From contig CACLYZ010000003.1 of NCBI GenBank assembly GCA_902611225.1, positions 13,115-77,114 on the forward strand: a DNA stretch of 64,000 nt, in the 5' to 3' direction. Shown one piece after another: positions 10,858 through 21,708 of the stretch (positions are counted from its first letter, which is position 1; each line of letters opens with the position of its first letter). The position numbers and the translations under genes were made by a program. The DNA comes from an uncultured Prochlorococcus sp. Lineage in GTDB: Bacteria > Cyanobacteriota > Cyanobacteriia > PCC-6307 > Cyanobiaceae. The notes under the pieces were generated by a model. The model made no database searches. It saw only the letters and a list, made by a program, of their open reading frames with translations, and was not told where the DNA came from.

Positions 10858-13424
10858 ACAACAATATTCATAATTTTCCCTTTAACAATAATTATTTTTC
10901 TTATTTCCTTATCTTGAGTCCATTTTAAAATGTTAGGTCTTTTAACAGTCAATTCTTTAATTTGATCTTCACTCATATCATTATTAATATTTACTTTGTC
11001 TCGAACTTTTCCATTCACTTGAATTACTAGTTCATATGAATCTTCCTTTAGTGCCTCGGCATTAAATGAAGGCCAGTTTTCTAAATGTACAGATTTTTTA
11101 AATCCTATAAGATGCCATATTTCTTCTGCAATATGAGGTGCAAATGGAGCCAACAAAATACAAAATGTTTTTAAAGCATCAATTTTTAAATTATTGTTTA
11201 TGTCATTAATTGAATTTGATAATGAATTATAAAACTTCATTAGTTCGGAAATCGCAGTATTAAATTGGTTATTTAATATGTCATTTGAAATTTCTTTTAT
11301 AGCGATATTCATTGATTTTATTAAACTTTTTTCTTTATCTGGGTATGAATTAGATTTACTATTTATATCTTTTGCACAATTTATATAAAGCTTCCAAATC
11401 CTGCTTAAAAATCTAAATTGTCCTTCAACATCTGTATCTCCCCATTCCAAATCTTTTTCTGGTGGTGCTTTAAATAATATAAACATTCTTGCTGTATCTG
11501 CTCCATATTTTTTAATTACTGATTCAGGGTCTATTCCATTATATTTAGACTTAGACATCTTCTCGAAAAGAACTTCGAGTTTAGAATTGTCAATAGGATC
11601 TGTAGGATTTGATAAGTCAGTAATATCAGAAGGAGAAACATATTTACCAGTTTTATTGTTTTTATAGGCTGCCGCCTGAACCATTCCTTGCGTTAATAGT
11701 TTTTTGAAAGGTTCATCAATATCAAATAGTTCATTATCTCGCAAAGCTTTAGTAAAAAATCTTGCATACAACAAATGCAATATTGCATGCTCTACTCCTC
11801 CAACATATTGATCTACAGGTAACCACTTATTAATTTCATTCTTTTCAAATGGTTTAGTTGAACATTTTGAAGATGGGTATCTTAAAAAATACCAAGATGA
11901 ACACATGAAAGTGTCCATAGTATCAGTTTCTTTTCTTGCCGCTATTCCACATTTTGGACATGTTGTATTTATCCAATTATTATTATTACCTAAAGCATTA
12001 ATCTTGTTAGCGGAGATTTCTATATCTTTTGGTAATGAAACAGGCAAATCCGATTGGTTTAAAGGAACAGCTCCACATTTTTTGCAATTAACGATGGGTA
12101 TCGGACATCCCCAATATCTTTGTCTAGATATTAACCAATCTCTTAAACGATATTGAATTTTATTTTCGGCCCATCCATTATTTACTCCCTCCTCTGCAAT
12201 TTTTAATTTAGCAATAGTATTTGCTATGCCATTGTATTGATTTGAATTAATTAGATAACCATTTTCTACATAAGCATCATCAAGCTCATTACTTTGTTCA
12301 CTTTTATCCTTTACTATTACCTGTTTAATATCTATATTGTTTTTCTTAGCAAACTCAAAATCCCTTAAATCATGAGCAGGTACACCCATAACAGCGCCTG
12401 TACCGTATTCATCAAGAACATAACTAGCCACCCAAATAGGTACAGGTTCAGAATTAACTGGATTTATTGCTATTAAGCTAGTTTTTATTCCAATTTTTTC
12501 AAGTTCATTATTTTTATTATCTTTCAAATATTGTTTAAGATTTTCTATATCTTGTATGGTTTCTTGATCAGTAATATTTTTAATTAATGAATGATTTACA
12601 GAAATTGCTAAATAAGTAACTCCAAATAAAGTATCTGGCCTTGTTGTAAATACAGTTATTTTCTTTTCTGGATTGGTATTGATATTGAAATTAATATTTG
12701 CACCAAATGACTTTCCAATCCAATTATCTTGCATTATTTTTACTCTTTCTGGCCAGTTATCTAATTTTTCTAAATCCTTCAATAACTCATCCGCATAATT
12801 AGTAATTCTTAAAAACCATTGCTTTAATAATTTTTTTTCAACTACTGCCCCAGATCTCCAAGATTTACCCTCTGAGTCAACTTGTTCATTCGCTAGGACT
12901 GTATTATCTATAGGATCCCAATTAACTTCTGATTCCTTTTGATATACAAGACCTGACTTGTATAACTCTAAAAATAGATATTGAGTCCAAATATAATAAT
13001 TTTCATCACATGTTGCAAATTCCCTATCCCAATCAACTGATAGTCCCAAAAGGTTTAATTGTGACTTCATATGAGAAATATTTTTTTTAGTCCAAACACT
13101 TGGACTAATTCCTCTTTCAATCGCAGCATTTTCAGCAGGCAAACCAAAAGCGTCCCAACCCATTGGATGTAAGACAGATTTACCCTTAAACCTTTGGAAT
13201 CGAGCTATTAAGTCTGTAATAACATAATTCCTAACATGTCCCATATGAAGATTACCTGAAGGGTAGGGAAACATTGATAAGGCATAAAACTTATCGCTAT
13301 TCTTAATTAATTCATCGGTCTTGTATAAATTGTTTTCTGTCCATATTGACTGCCATTTTTTTTCTATTTCAGATGGATTATATAAATTGGTATCAGCCTC
13401 ATATTGTTTATCGGGAGAAATCAC
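10854..13424 (-). CDS. leuS: Leucine--tRNA ligase
   Basis: [18 protein letters not shown], editing-domain [12 protein letters not shown]. Confidence 0.98.
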   Translation of the reverse strand: MISPDKQYEADTNLYNPSEIEKKWQSIWTENNLYKTDELIKNSDKFYALSMFPYPSGNLHMGHVRNYVITDLIARFQRFKGKSVLHPMGWDAFGLPAENAAIERGISPSVWTKKNISHMKSQLNLLGLSVDWDREFATCDENYYIWTQYLFLELYKSGLVYQKESEVNWDPIDNTVLANEQVDSEGKSWRSGAVVEKKLLKQWFLRITNYADELLKDLEKLDNWPERVKIMQDNWIGKSFGANINFNINTNPEKKITVFTTRPDTLFGVTYLAISVNHSLIKNITDQETIQDIENLKQYLKDNKNNELEKIGIKTSLIAINPVNSEPVPIWVASYVLDEYGTGAVMGVPAHDLRDFEFAKKNNIDIKQVIVKDKSEQSNELDDAYVENGYLINSNQYNGIANTIAKLKIAEEGVNNGWAENKIQYRLRDWLISRQRYWGCPIPIVNCKKCGAVPLNQSDLPVSLPKDIEISANKINALGNNNNWINTTCPKCGIAARKETDTMDTFMCSSWYFLRYPSSKCSTKPFEKNEINKWLPVDQYVGGVEHAILHLLYARFFTKALRDNELFDIDEPFKKLLTQGMVQAAAYKNNKTGKYVSPSDITDLSNPTDPIDNSKLEVLFEKMSKSKYNGIDPESVIKKYGADTARMFILFKAPPEKDLEWGDTDVEGQFRFLSRIWKLYINCAKDINSKSNSYPDKEKSLIKSMNIAIKEISNDILNNQFNTAISELMKFYNSLSNSINDINNNLKIDALKTFCILLAPFAPHIAEEIWHLIGFKKSVHLENWPSFNAEALKEDSYELVIQVNGKVRDKVNINNDMSEDQIKELTVKRPNILKWTQDKEIRKIIIVKGKIMNIVV

Positions 13425-13531
13425 TTAATTTTTATTTATTAAATTATTATTTTAATATCCATTGTATAAAATAGAAATAGATTGTTAAAAGGAATAATTT
13501 ATAATTAAAATTTAAGATATATGAATTACAA

Positions 13532-14392
13532 ATGAAAAATATAAGTTTTGAAAAATATCATGGTAACGGAAATGATTTCGTAATAATAGATTCTAGAGGA
13601 AATGAATTATATAAAAATTACAAGACAAATAAAATATTTGATATAAAAAAAATTTGCAACAGGCAATTTGGTGTTGGAGCAGATGGTGTGATTTTTATAG
13701 AAGAACCTAATGAAGATAATTATGCAAAAATGATAATTTTTAATTCTGATGGTTCTGAAGCACAAATGTGTGGAAACGGAATTAGGTGTTTAGTTGAGTA
13801 TCTCCACGTAAATGATTCAATGAATAATAAAAATATAGAATATAAAATTGAGACTAAAGCAGGTTTAAAAATTGCAAAATATATAAATGATGAAATTACA
13901 GTAAAAATGGGAGTTCCAATTTTAGAATGTCAAAATATTCCAACAACAATTGAAAAGAAAATAAATTCAATTCCTTCACACGAATTTATTGAGAAAGATT
14001 TTAATAATATGGGTTATGCCGTAGGAATGGGAAATCCTCATTTAATATTCTTTGTAAAAGACATAGAGTCAATTGTTCTTTCCAGACTTGGTCCTATATT
14101 TGAAAAAAATGAATTATTTCCTGAAAAAACTAATGTGCATTTTTGTCAAATTTTAAATAGAGATAATATCAAAGTAAAAGTATGGGAAAGGGGTGCAGGA
14201 CCAACCTTAGCATGTGGAACAGGTGCCTGTGCTATCCATGTGGCAGCCTATAAATTAGGCCTTTGTAATTCACAAACCATAGTAAATTTACCAGGAGGTA
14301 ATCTTAAAATTGATTGGTCAAATGACGATTGTGAAGTAATGATGACCGGTAATGCTAAAAAGGTTTTCTCAGGATCAATGTTAGTAAATTAA
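13532..14392 (+). CDS. dapF: Diaminopimelate epimerase
   Basis: HGNGNDF, MCGNGIRC, ERGAGPTLACGTGAC. Confidence 0.96.
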   Translation: MKNISFEKYHGNGNDFVIIDSRGNELYKNYKTNKIFDIKKICNRQFGVGADGVIFIEEPNEDNYAKMIIFNSDGSEAQMCGNGIRCLVEYLHVNDSMNNKNIEYKIETKAGLKIAKYINDEITVKMGVPILECQNIPTTIEKKINSIPSHEFIEKDFNNMGYAVGMGNPHLIFFVKDIESIVLSRLGPIFEKNELFPEKTNVHFCQILNRDNIKVKVWERGAGPTLACGTGACAIHVAAYKLGLCNSQTIVNLPGGNLKIDWSNDDCEVMMTGNAKKVFSGSMLVN

Positions 14393-15564
14393 TGGAAAAT
14401 AATTTTATCTATTTAGATAATGCATCCACAACTCCATTATCTGAGAATGTTTTAAATATAATTAATTCAACTTATAGGAATTATTGGCATAACCCTTCAT
14501 CTACATATGAGCTAGGGATAAAATGCTCTACATATCTTGAAAAAATTAGATCTAAAATTGCTTATATATTTGAAGCAGATCCAGAGGATATAATTTTTAC
14601 ATCTGGTTCTTCGGAATCGACAAATATTGTATTTAATAATATTTATGAGAAATTTAAAAATGGTAGGGTTGTTATTTCAAATGTTGAACATCAAGCAACA
14701 ACTATTTGTGCTAATAAACTAAGAAAACAAAATTGGGATATTTACGAATGGACGGTAAATAATGATGGAATTTTAAATATTTCTAATATCGAAAAATTTT
14801 TAAACAATGATACTAAGCTTGTATCAATTATTTGGGGACAAAGTGAAATTGGGACAATACAACCTGTCCAATTTATTGGTTCCAAATGTGAAGAATTAAA
14901 TATAATGTTTCATTTAGATGGAACTCAAATAATAAGTAATGGAATATTCAGTTGGAAAGATCTTAAATGTGATTTTTTAAGTTTATCCGCTCATAAATTT
15001 GGAGGTCCAAAAGGGATCGGTATTCTTTTAACAAAAGAAAGGTCTAGACAAATTTTAAAAAATAATGACATATCACTTACTCAGGAATTTTCAATTAGAC
15101 AAGGTACACAAGCATTGCCATTAATCGCTGGAATGTATGAATCACTAAAGAATATTGAAGGAAAAATAAAATTATATGATTACATAACTGAATTTCCTTC
15201 TAATAATATTAATAAACTTAAAAATTATTTTTATCAAAAAATTAAAGATAATAATCATATAAAGATTACGGGTAGTATTAACCATAGACTTCCCAGTCAT
15301 ATTTCTTTTTTACTATTAAATAAACTATTTGAGCCTATAAAGGCCTATAAGATTGTTAATTTCATGTCAGAAAATAAAATAGCCATAAGTAGTGGCAGTG
15401 CTTGTTCAAGCTCATCTGGGAAACCTAGCTCAACACTTAAAAATATTGGTTTAAAAGATGATGAACTATATTCAAATATTCGTGTTACTTTAGGTTCAAT
15501 AAATAATAAGTCAGAAATAGATAAATTTTTAGAACTTATTCAAATATGTATTGAAAAATTTTAA
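14392..15564 (+). CDS. Cysteine desulfurase (IscS/NifS family)
   Basis: YLDNASTT, SAHKFGGPKG (PLP Lys), SSGSACSS (catalytic Cys). Confidence 0.9.
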   Translation: MENNFIYLDNASTTPLSENVLNIINSTYRNYWHNPSSTYELGIKCSTYLEKIRSKIAYIFEADPEDIIFTSGSSESTNIVFNNIYEKFKNGRVVISNVEHQATTICANKLRKQNWDIYEWTVNNDGILNISNIEKFLNNDTKLVSIIWGQSEIGTIQPVQFIGSKCEELNIMFHLDGTQIISNGIFSWKDLKCDFLSLSAHKFGGPKGIGILLTKERSRQILKNNDISLTQEFSIRQGTQALPLIAGMYESLKNIEGKIKLYDYITEFPSNNINKLKNYFYQKIKDNNHIKITGSINHRLPSHISFLLLNKLFEPIKAYKIVNFMSENKIAISSGSACSSSSGKPSSTLKNIGLKDDELYSNIRVTLGSINNKSEIDKFLELIQICIEKF

Positions 15565-16190
15565 TGGAAACCAATTACAGACTACCTAAAGATTTAAATG
15601 AATCTCTTAAGAATATGGAGGATGCAATTATTCCAAGTTTATTAGATTCAAATAAAAGATTTACTATAGAATTTAATTTTGAAGGGTTGAAGTTTAACAG
15701 AATTGGAATAACTATCTACAAGATATTGTCTAAAAATAATAATGTATTCATAACATTTGCTGATCAAGGTGCTGTGGCTTTGGCTCAAAGAGACTATCCT
15801 GATATCAAAGATAAAATCTTTACTTTTAAATCATTTAATGAATCAAATAATATAAATAATATTGATAGTGTAATGATATCGATACTACCTCAGCCATATG
15901 ATTTCGATTCATTTGAACCAATGTCTGATAATTATCAAGGTACGCATTATTCATTAAATCCAAAATTCGAAGATGCCAATATTGGTATAGGAAGTGTTAT
16001 TAGAGAGCGACGTAAAAACTTTGTCAAAACATGGAAAAATATTTATTTTCTGCAGCCTTTAAATAAAGCTGCTCTTATGCATATTTATCCAAATAACTGG
16101 TTGCTTTTCAAAGAAGAAAATAAAAGGTATTTTTTTAAAAAAGAATTTGAAATTAAACCCGACAATGAATCTATTTTTGTAAATTTATAG
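15564..16190 (+). CDS. Conserved cyanobacterial protein (DUF1995-like)
   Basis: FADQGAVALAQRD and LNPKFEDANIGIGSV motifs. Confidence 0.7.
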   Translation: METNYRLPKDLNESLKNMEDAIIPSLLDSNKRFTIEFNFEGLKFNRIGITIYKILSKNNNVFITFADQGAVALAQRDYPDIKDKIFTFKSFNESNNINNIDSVMISILPQPYDFDSFEPMSDNYQGTHYSLNPKFEDANIGIGSVIRERRKNFVKTWKNIYFLQPLNKAALMHIYPNNWLLFKEENKRYFFKKEFEIKPDNESIFVNL

Positions 16191-16191
16191 A

Positions 16192-17415
16192 TTGAATGTG
16201 ATAAAAAAAATATATTCATTTTTCTTTATTGTTCTTATATTAGTAACATCTCCTTTCTTAATAAGATATTTACTAACAAAACAAAAAATAACTATTTTAA
16301 ATAGTATTTATTTTAATTTCCCGGGAATAATTAATAAAAACAAAATATGTCCTTCTTATGATGCTTTATTGAATCAAACGCTTGATGATTCTTTTAGTGT
16401 ATCAATTATTAATAATAAAGGGGAAATAATAAGTTCCTACAATGAGGATGTTCCAAGGTTGCCAGCATCTAACCAAAAATTATTCTCATCAGCTTATGTT
16501 TTAAGTAAATATAAATTAAATAATAATTTAAAAACTTCCTTATATAAAAATAAAAGCGATTATTATTTACACGGTCAAGGTGATCCAGACCTTAATTATG
16601 AACATATAATCGAACTAATTTCAAATGTTAAAGAAAATAAAATTATTAACTTTAATATTGTAGAAATTGATCCAAAATTATATTGGCCTAATGGTTGGAC
16701 AAATACTGATAAACTTTACGAATATGGATCTCCAATTACATCTCTTGCAATAGAAAGTAATCACAATAAATATTATGATATTTATGCATTAAAAAATTTT
16801 ATTAAAAATTATTTAAAAAATAAATTTCCAAATTCAAAAATAAATATAGATTTTTTTGATTCAGAAAAAACTTTTTATTTAAAAAATATTAAAGAGATAA
16901 ATAAAGTATATTCAACTCCAATTCTTTCATTATTAACTCTAACAAATTCTGAAAGCCATAATTTTACGGCTGAATCTCTTTTTAAAAATGCCTCAAATAC
17001 ATGGAATGATAATAACTATATAAAATTGAAAAGATGGCTTGAAAATAAAGGCCTCCCAGCAACTAATACATACTTTGCAGATGCTAGTGGATTGTCTCGA
17101 AAAAATAAAATTACAACAAAGTTAGTTGTATTGTTTTTAGATAAAATGAGATATTCTAATGATTTTAATGCTTATCAATCTACACTTTCAATTACGGGAG
17201 TGAGAGGGACGTTAGCTAAAAGATTTGTAAATAGTGAATTGTCTGGAAAGTTTTTTGGCAAAACTGGGACTCTTTCGAATGTCTTTGCATTATCTGGCTT
17301 TTTATATAAAAATGATAAGCCAATAATTATAAGCATTATCCAAAATTCTAATAAAATTGATAAAGAAAAAGCATTTAATTTATTACGTGATCTTTATTAC
17401 TTGAGATCCTGTTAA
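16192..17415 (+). CDS. dacB: D-alanyl-D-alanine carboxypeptidase/endopeptidase (peptidase S13, PBP4)
   Basis: PASNQKL (SxxK), SHN (SxN), DASGLSR, GKTGTL (KTG). Confidence 0.9.
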   Translation: MNVIKKIYSFFFIVLILVTSPFLIRYLLTKQKITILNSIYFNFPGIINKNKICPSYDALLNQTLDDSFSVSIINNKGEIISSYNEDVPRLPASNQKLFSSAYVLSKYKLNNNLKTSLYKNKSDYYLHGQGDPDLNYEHIIELISNVKENKIINFNIVEIDPKLYWPNGWTNTDKLYEYGSPITSLAIESNHNKYYDIYALKNFIKNYLKNKFPNSKINIDFFDSEKTFYLKNIKEINKVYSTPILSLLTLTNSESHNFTAESLFKNASNTWNDNNYIKLKRWLENKGLPATNTYFADASGLSRKNKITTKLVVLFLDKMRYSNDFNAYQSTLSITGVRGTLAKRFVNSELSGKFFGKTGTLSNVFALSGFLYKNDKPIIISIIQNSNKIDKEKAFNLLRDLYYLRSC

Positions 17416-17422
17416 AAAAATA

Positions 17423-17896
17423 TTATTTAAAATAATCTTTTAAATCCTTCTCAACAGAGGGGGGTACCATGTGATTAATTTCACCACCAAATTTTGCAAC
17501 TTCTTTTACTAAAGAACTACTAAGAAAACTATAATTTGTATTTGTGGATAAAAATATAGTTTCAATATCATTATTAAGTGATTTATTTGTATGAGCAATC
17601 TGTAGTTCATACTCAAAATCACTCATTGCTCTTAAGCCTCTAAGAATAAGATTAGCTTTTAGATCATTTGCACAATCAACAGTTAGACCAGAATAAGAAA
17701 TAACTTCAATATTAGGTAAATGAGAAAGAGAATTTTTTATTTGTATTATTCTTCTTTCAAGATTAAATGTTGGTGTTTTAGAGGTATTTTCTAAAACAGC
17801 AACTACTAGATTGCCAAATATTTTTTCAGTCCTTTCTATTAAATCAAGATGCCCATTTGTTAAGGGATCAAATGTACCTGGATAAAGAATTTTCAT
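17423..17896 (-). CDS. coaD: Phosphopantetheine adenylyltransferase
   Basis: [33 protein letters not shown]. Confidence 0.97.
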   Translation of the reverse strand: MKILYPGTFDPLTNGHLDLIERTEKIFGNLVVAVLENTSKTPTFNLERRIIQIKNSLSHLPNIEVISYSGLTVDCANDLKANLILRGLRAMSDFEYELQIAHTNKSLNNDIETIFLSTNTNYSFLSSSLVKEVAKFGGEINHMVPPSVEKDLKDYFK

Positions 17897-17955
17897 GAAT
17901 TTATTATGATCGAATAAGAAATTTAGTTAAAATAATATTATTAGTTAAATCAATT

Positions 17956-18444
17956 ATGACATTAAATCTAGAAGCAAAAAAAATCTTATTAAGAAAAATA
18001 CCTCACGGATTATTTATTTGTGGCGTTAGAGACGAGGATAAAAATGAAGTGAATGGATTTACTGCAAGTTGGGTGACTCAAGGTTCTTTCACCCCACCAT
18101 TAGTTGTAATGGCTGTTAGAGCAGAGGGTTCTAGTCATGAAATAATAAAGTCAACCAATAAGTTCTCATTAAATGTGCTCAAAAGTGATCAAAAGGATCT
18201 AGCGGCTGTTTTCTTTAAACCTCAAAAAGCATTAGGAGGTAGATTTGAATCTGTTGAATTTAATTTAGGTGAGCTTGGATTGCCTATTTTAGTTGATAGT
18301 GTTGGTGGTGTTGAATGTAATGTTGTTGGAAGTGTTATGCATGGAGACCATACCGTTTTTGTAGGAGAGGTGCAATCTGCTTATCTGAATAATGATGTTG
18401 ACTCACTAAATTTATCTTCAACTGGCTGGAATTATGGAGGTTAA
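17956..18444 (+). CDS. Flavin reductase family protein
   Basis: NGFTASW...SFTPPL...GDHTVFVGEV. Confidence 0.88.
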   Translation: MTLNLEAKKILLRKIPHGLFICGVRDEDKNEVNGFTASWVTQGSFTPPLVVMAVRAEGSSHEIIKSTNKFSLNVLKSDQKDLAAVFFKPQKALGGRFESVEFNLGELGLPILVDSVGGVECNVVGSVMHGDHTVFVGEVQSAYLNNDVDSLNLSSTGWNYGG

Positions 18445-18453
18445 CCACTATAA

Positions 18454-20412
18454 ATGAGTAATTCCTCTATCGAAAAAATAAATAACAAATATAATTTTAA
18501 AATTGAATATAAATTAATTAATAATAAGGATTTATTAAAATCAAGATTATCCGAAATTCCAAAGTCATCTGGTTGTTATCTATTTAAAGATATTGATAAT
18601 AACTTACTTTATATCGGTAAATCTAAAAAACTACGCAGTAGAGTAAGTAGTTATTTCAATAATTATTCAGATTTAACTCCCCGATTAAGTTTGATGGTTC
18701 GTCAAATAACTGAAATAGAAATAATAGTCACAGATAGCGAATATGAAGCATTAAATTTAGAGTCAAATTTAATTAAAACAAACAAACCATATTTTAATAT
18801 TCTTTTAAAGGATGATAAGAAATATCCATATCTTTGTATAACTTGGAGTGAAAAATATCCTCGAATATTTATTACAAGAAGAAGAAGAAATAGAAATAAT
18901 TTAGATAGATATTATGGACCTTATGTTGATGTCGGATTATTAAGGAGAACATTATTTACGATAAAAAAAATATTTCCACTTAGACAAAGACCAAGGCCAG
19001 TCTATAAAGATAGAACTTGTTTGAATTATTCAATAGGAAGATGTCCAGGTGTTTGCCAAGAAGTTATATCATCTGACGATTATAAAAAAATAATGAAACA
19101 AGTATCTATGATATTTCAGGGAAGAAATGATGACTTAGAAATATTTTTACAAAAAAAAATGCTGCAATTTTCAAATGATTTAGATTATGAGAATGCAGCA
19201 AAAATAAGAGACCAAATTTCAGGTTTAAAATTATTAACTGAATCACAAAAAATATCAATACCAGATTCTTCAATTAATAGAGATATCTTTGGAATAGTTT
19301 CAGAAAAAAATGTAGCTAGTATACAAATTTTCCAAATGAGATCAGGTAAGCTCATTGGGAGAATTGGCTATAGTCAAAAATTAAATGATGAAGATGAAAA
19401 TCTTATTTTACAAAAGATATTAGAAGAGCATTATATGAATGTTGAACCTGTAGAAATACCATCAGAAATTCTTATTCAATATAACCTTCCAAAACAAGCA
19501 ACTATAGAGGATTGGTTAACGGAGCTAAGAAAAAAGAAAGTAAAAATACTAATCCCTAAAAGAAATAAAAAACATGAAACTGTAGAAATGGTTTTAAAAA
19601 ATGCGAAATTGGAATTAGATAGAATATTAAATGGGATACAAGATAATGAATCATCAATTGAGGATCTTGCCCAAATACTTGAATTAAGCGAACAACCTAA
19701 AAGAATTGAAGGCTATGATATAAGCCATATTCAAGGTAGTGACCCTGTAGCATCACAAGTCGTTTTTATTGATGGGGTTCCTTCTAAACAGCATTATAGG
19801 AAATATAAAATTAAAGATCCAAACGTTTTTATAGGACATAGTGATGATTTTGCTTCGATATATGAAGTAATACATAGAAGGTTTAAAAAATGGTCAAGAT
19901 TTAAAGAAAGCGGAGGGGATTTTTCAATATTAAATGATAAAACGAACAGTAAATTAGACAATGAACTTCTATCAGATTGGCCTGATTTAATAATGATTGA
20001 TGGAGGAAAAGGACAGTTAAATGCAGCTATTAAAGCATTAAAAGAATTAAATCTTGAGGAAGAAGTAACTATATGTTCATTGGCAAAAAAAAATGAAGAA
20101 ATATTTATTCCAGGATTTACTAAGTCTCTTGATACTGATGAAAATCAAAAAGGAGTTCTTCTATTAAGAAGGGTAAGAGATGAAGCACATAGATTTGCAT
20201 TATCTTTTCATAGAGACAAAAGATCTAAAAGAATGAATAGATCTCAATTGTCCCAAATCAGTGGATTAGGACCATCAAGAATAAGAGAATTGCTTGAACA
20301 TTTCAAATCAATAGACGCGATAAGAATAGCTAGTAAGGAGGATTTATCAAAAGTTAAAGGACTTGGAAAAAATTCAGTTAATGATATATATGAATATTTT
20401 AACGAGTTATAA
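18454..20412 (+). CDS. uvrC: Excinuclease ABC subunit C
   Basis: GIY-YIG (GCYLFK...YIGKS), DISH, IDGGKGQ, RDEAHRFA, C-terminal HhH. Confidence 0.97.
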   Translation: MSNSSIEKINNKYNFKIEYKLINNKDLLKSRLSEIPKSSGCYLFKDIDNNLLYIGKSKKLRSRVSSYFNNYSDLTPRLSLMVRQITEIEIIVTDSEYEALNLESNLIKTNKPYFNILLKDDKKYPYLCITWSEKYPRIFITRRRRNRNNLDRYYGPYVDVGLLRRTLFTIKKIFPLRQRPRPVYKDRTCLNYSIGRCPGVCQEVISSDDYKKIMKQVSMIFQGRNDDLEIFLQKKMLQFSNDLDYENAAKIRDQISGLKLLTESQKISIPDSSINRDIFGIVSEKNVASIQIFQMRSGKLIGRIGYSQKLNDEDENLILQKILEEHYMNVEPVEIPSEILIQYNLPKQATIEDWLTELRKKKVKILIPKRNKKHETVEMVLKNAKLELDRILNGIQDNESSIEDLAQILELSEQPKRIEGYDISHIQGSDPVASQVVFIDGVPSKQHYRKYKIKDPNVFIGHSDDFASIYEVIHRRFKKWSRFKESGGDFSILNDKTNSKLDNELLSDWPDLIMIDGGKGQLNAAIKALKELNLEEEVTICSLAKKNEEIFIPGFTKSLDTDENQKGVLLLRRVRDEAHRFALSFHRDKRSKRMNRSQLSQISGLGPSRIRELLEHFKSIDAIRIASKEDLSKVKGLGKNSVNDIYEYFNEL

Positions 20413-20500
20413 ATATTAATTAAATTTTGAAAAATAGATTTCTTGATATTGTTAAATATAACTATATTAAAAACATATATTTTTAAATTAATCTAGTAAT

Positions 20501-21067
20501 TTGGCAGCTGAAGCATATCTCTGGTTTAAATCACTTCACATTATTGGTGTAATCGTTTGGTTTGCGGGACTTTTTTATTTAGTAAGACTTTTTATATATC
20601 ATGAAGAATCTAAAAATATGGATAATGAATTAAAAATTGCCTTTAATAAACAATACACCTTGATGGAAAAAAGGCTGGCGAATATAATCACAACACCCGG
20701 GATGATATTAGCTTTAAGTATGGCTATTTGCATGGTTATTATGCAACCAAGTTGGTTAAGTGAGAAGTGGTTGCAAATTAAAATTTCTTTTGTTTTGGGA
20801 TTAGTAATTTATCATTCTTATTGTTATAAAATAATGTATTCATTACAAAATGGTACTTCAACCATTTCAGCAAAAAACCTTAGATTATTAAATGAATTGC
20901 CTACTTTATTATTATTTATAATTGTACTTTTAGTTATTTTTAAAAATAATTTTCCAACTAGTATTGCTACATGGAGCGTAGTTGGACTAATTATTTTCAT
21001 GTTGGCTTCAATTCAATTATATGCAAAGATTAGAAAGAAAAATGAGAATTCATTAAGTAATGAATAG
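20501..21067 (+). CDS. hemJ: Protoporphyrinogen IX oxidase HemJ
   Basis: YLWFKSLHIIGVIVWFAGLFYLVRLFIYH, NELPTL. Confidence 0.93.
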   Translation: MAAEAYLWFKSLHIIGVIVWFAGLFYLVRLFIYHEESKNMDNELKIAFNKQYTLMEKRLANIITTPGMILALSMAICMVIMQPSWLSEKWLQIKISFVLGLVIYHSYCYKIMYSLQNGTSTISAKNLRLLNELPTLLLFIIVLLVIFKNNFPTSIATWSVVGLIIFMLASIQLYAKIRKKNENSLSNE

Positions 21068-21707
21068 GGAAGACTTAGTAAAATTAACTTCCAATATTAA
21101 TAAAAATAGTTGTCCTAATAATATTAATTTTCACTGTCATACAAAATTTAGTGATGGAAGTTTAGAACCATATGAACTTTTAGATCAAGCTTATAAAAAT
21201 AACTTGAAATTTTTATCAATAACCGATCATCATACAATTAAAGCTCATGAATATATAAAAAAAAATAATATACTCAAAAATTATCCTAAAGATTCCTTTA
21301 CATTAATTTCGGGAATAGAAATTAATTGTTTGATTTTAGGATGTTTAGTACATGTAATTGGATTGGGAATAGATATAAAAAGTAAATACCTAAATCCCTA
21401 CATCCTTGGAGAGTCTCCAATAGGTAATGATTTAAATATTAAATCAGTTATAAAAGCAATAAATTTAGCTGGTGGTTTATCATTTCTTGCACATCCAGCG
21501 AGATACAGGATTCCCTTTTATAAATTAATTCCAGAGGCCAAAATACAAGGTATTGATGGAATAGAGGTTTGGTACGATTATGAACTTAATGAAGTATGGA
21601 ATCCTAGTTTATTTGTATGTTCAGAAATAGATAAATTAGCAGATAAATATTCAATGCTAAAAACATGCGGAACAGACAGTCATGGACTTTCGCTATTAGG
21701 TAGATAA
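21060..21707 (+). CDS. PHP-family metal-dependent phosphoesterase
   Basis: HCHTKFSDG, ITDHH, AHPARY, GTDSHG. Confidence 0.9.
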   Translation: MNREDLVKLTSNINKNSCPNNINFHCHTKFSDGSLEPYELLDQAYKNNLKFLSITDHHTIKAHEYIKKNNILKNYPKDSFTLISGIEINCLILGCLVHVIGLGIDIKSKYLNPYILGESPIGNDLNIKSVIKAINLAGGLSFLAHPARYRIPFYKLIPEAKIQGIDGIEVWYDYELNEVWNPSLFVCSEIDKLADKYSMLKTCGTDSHGLSLLGR

Positions 21708-21708
21708 T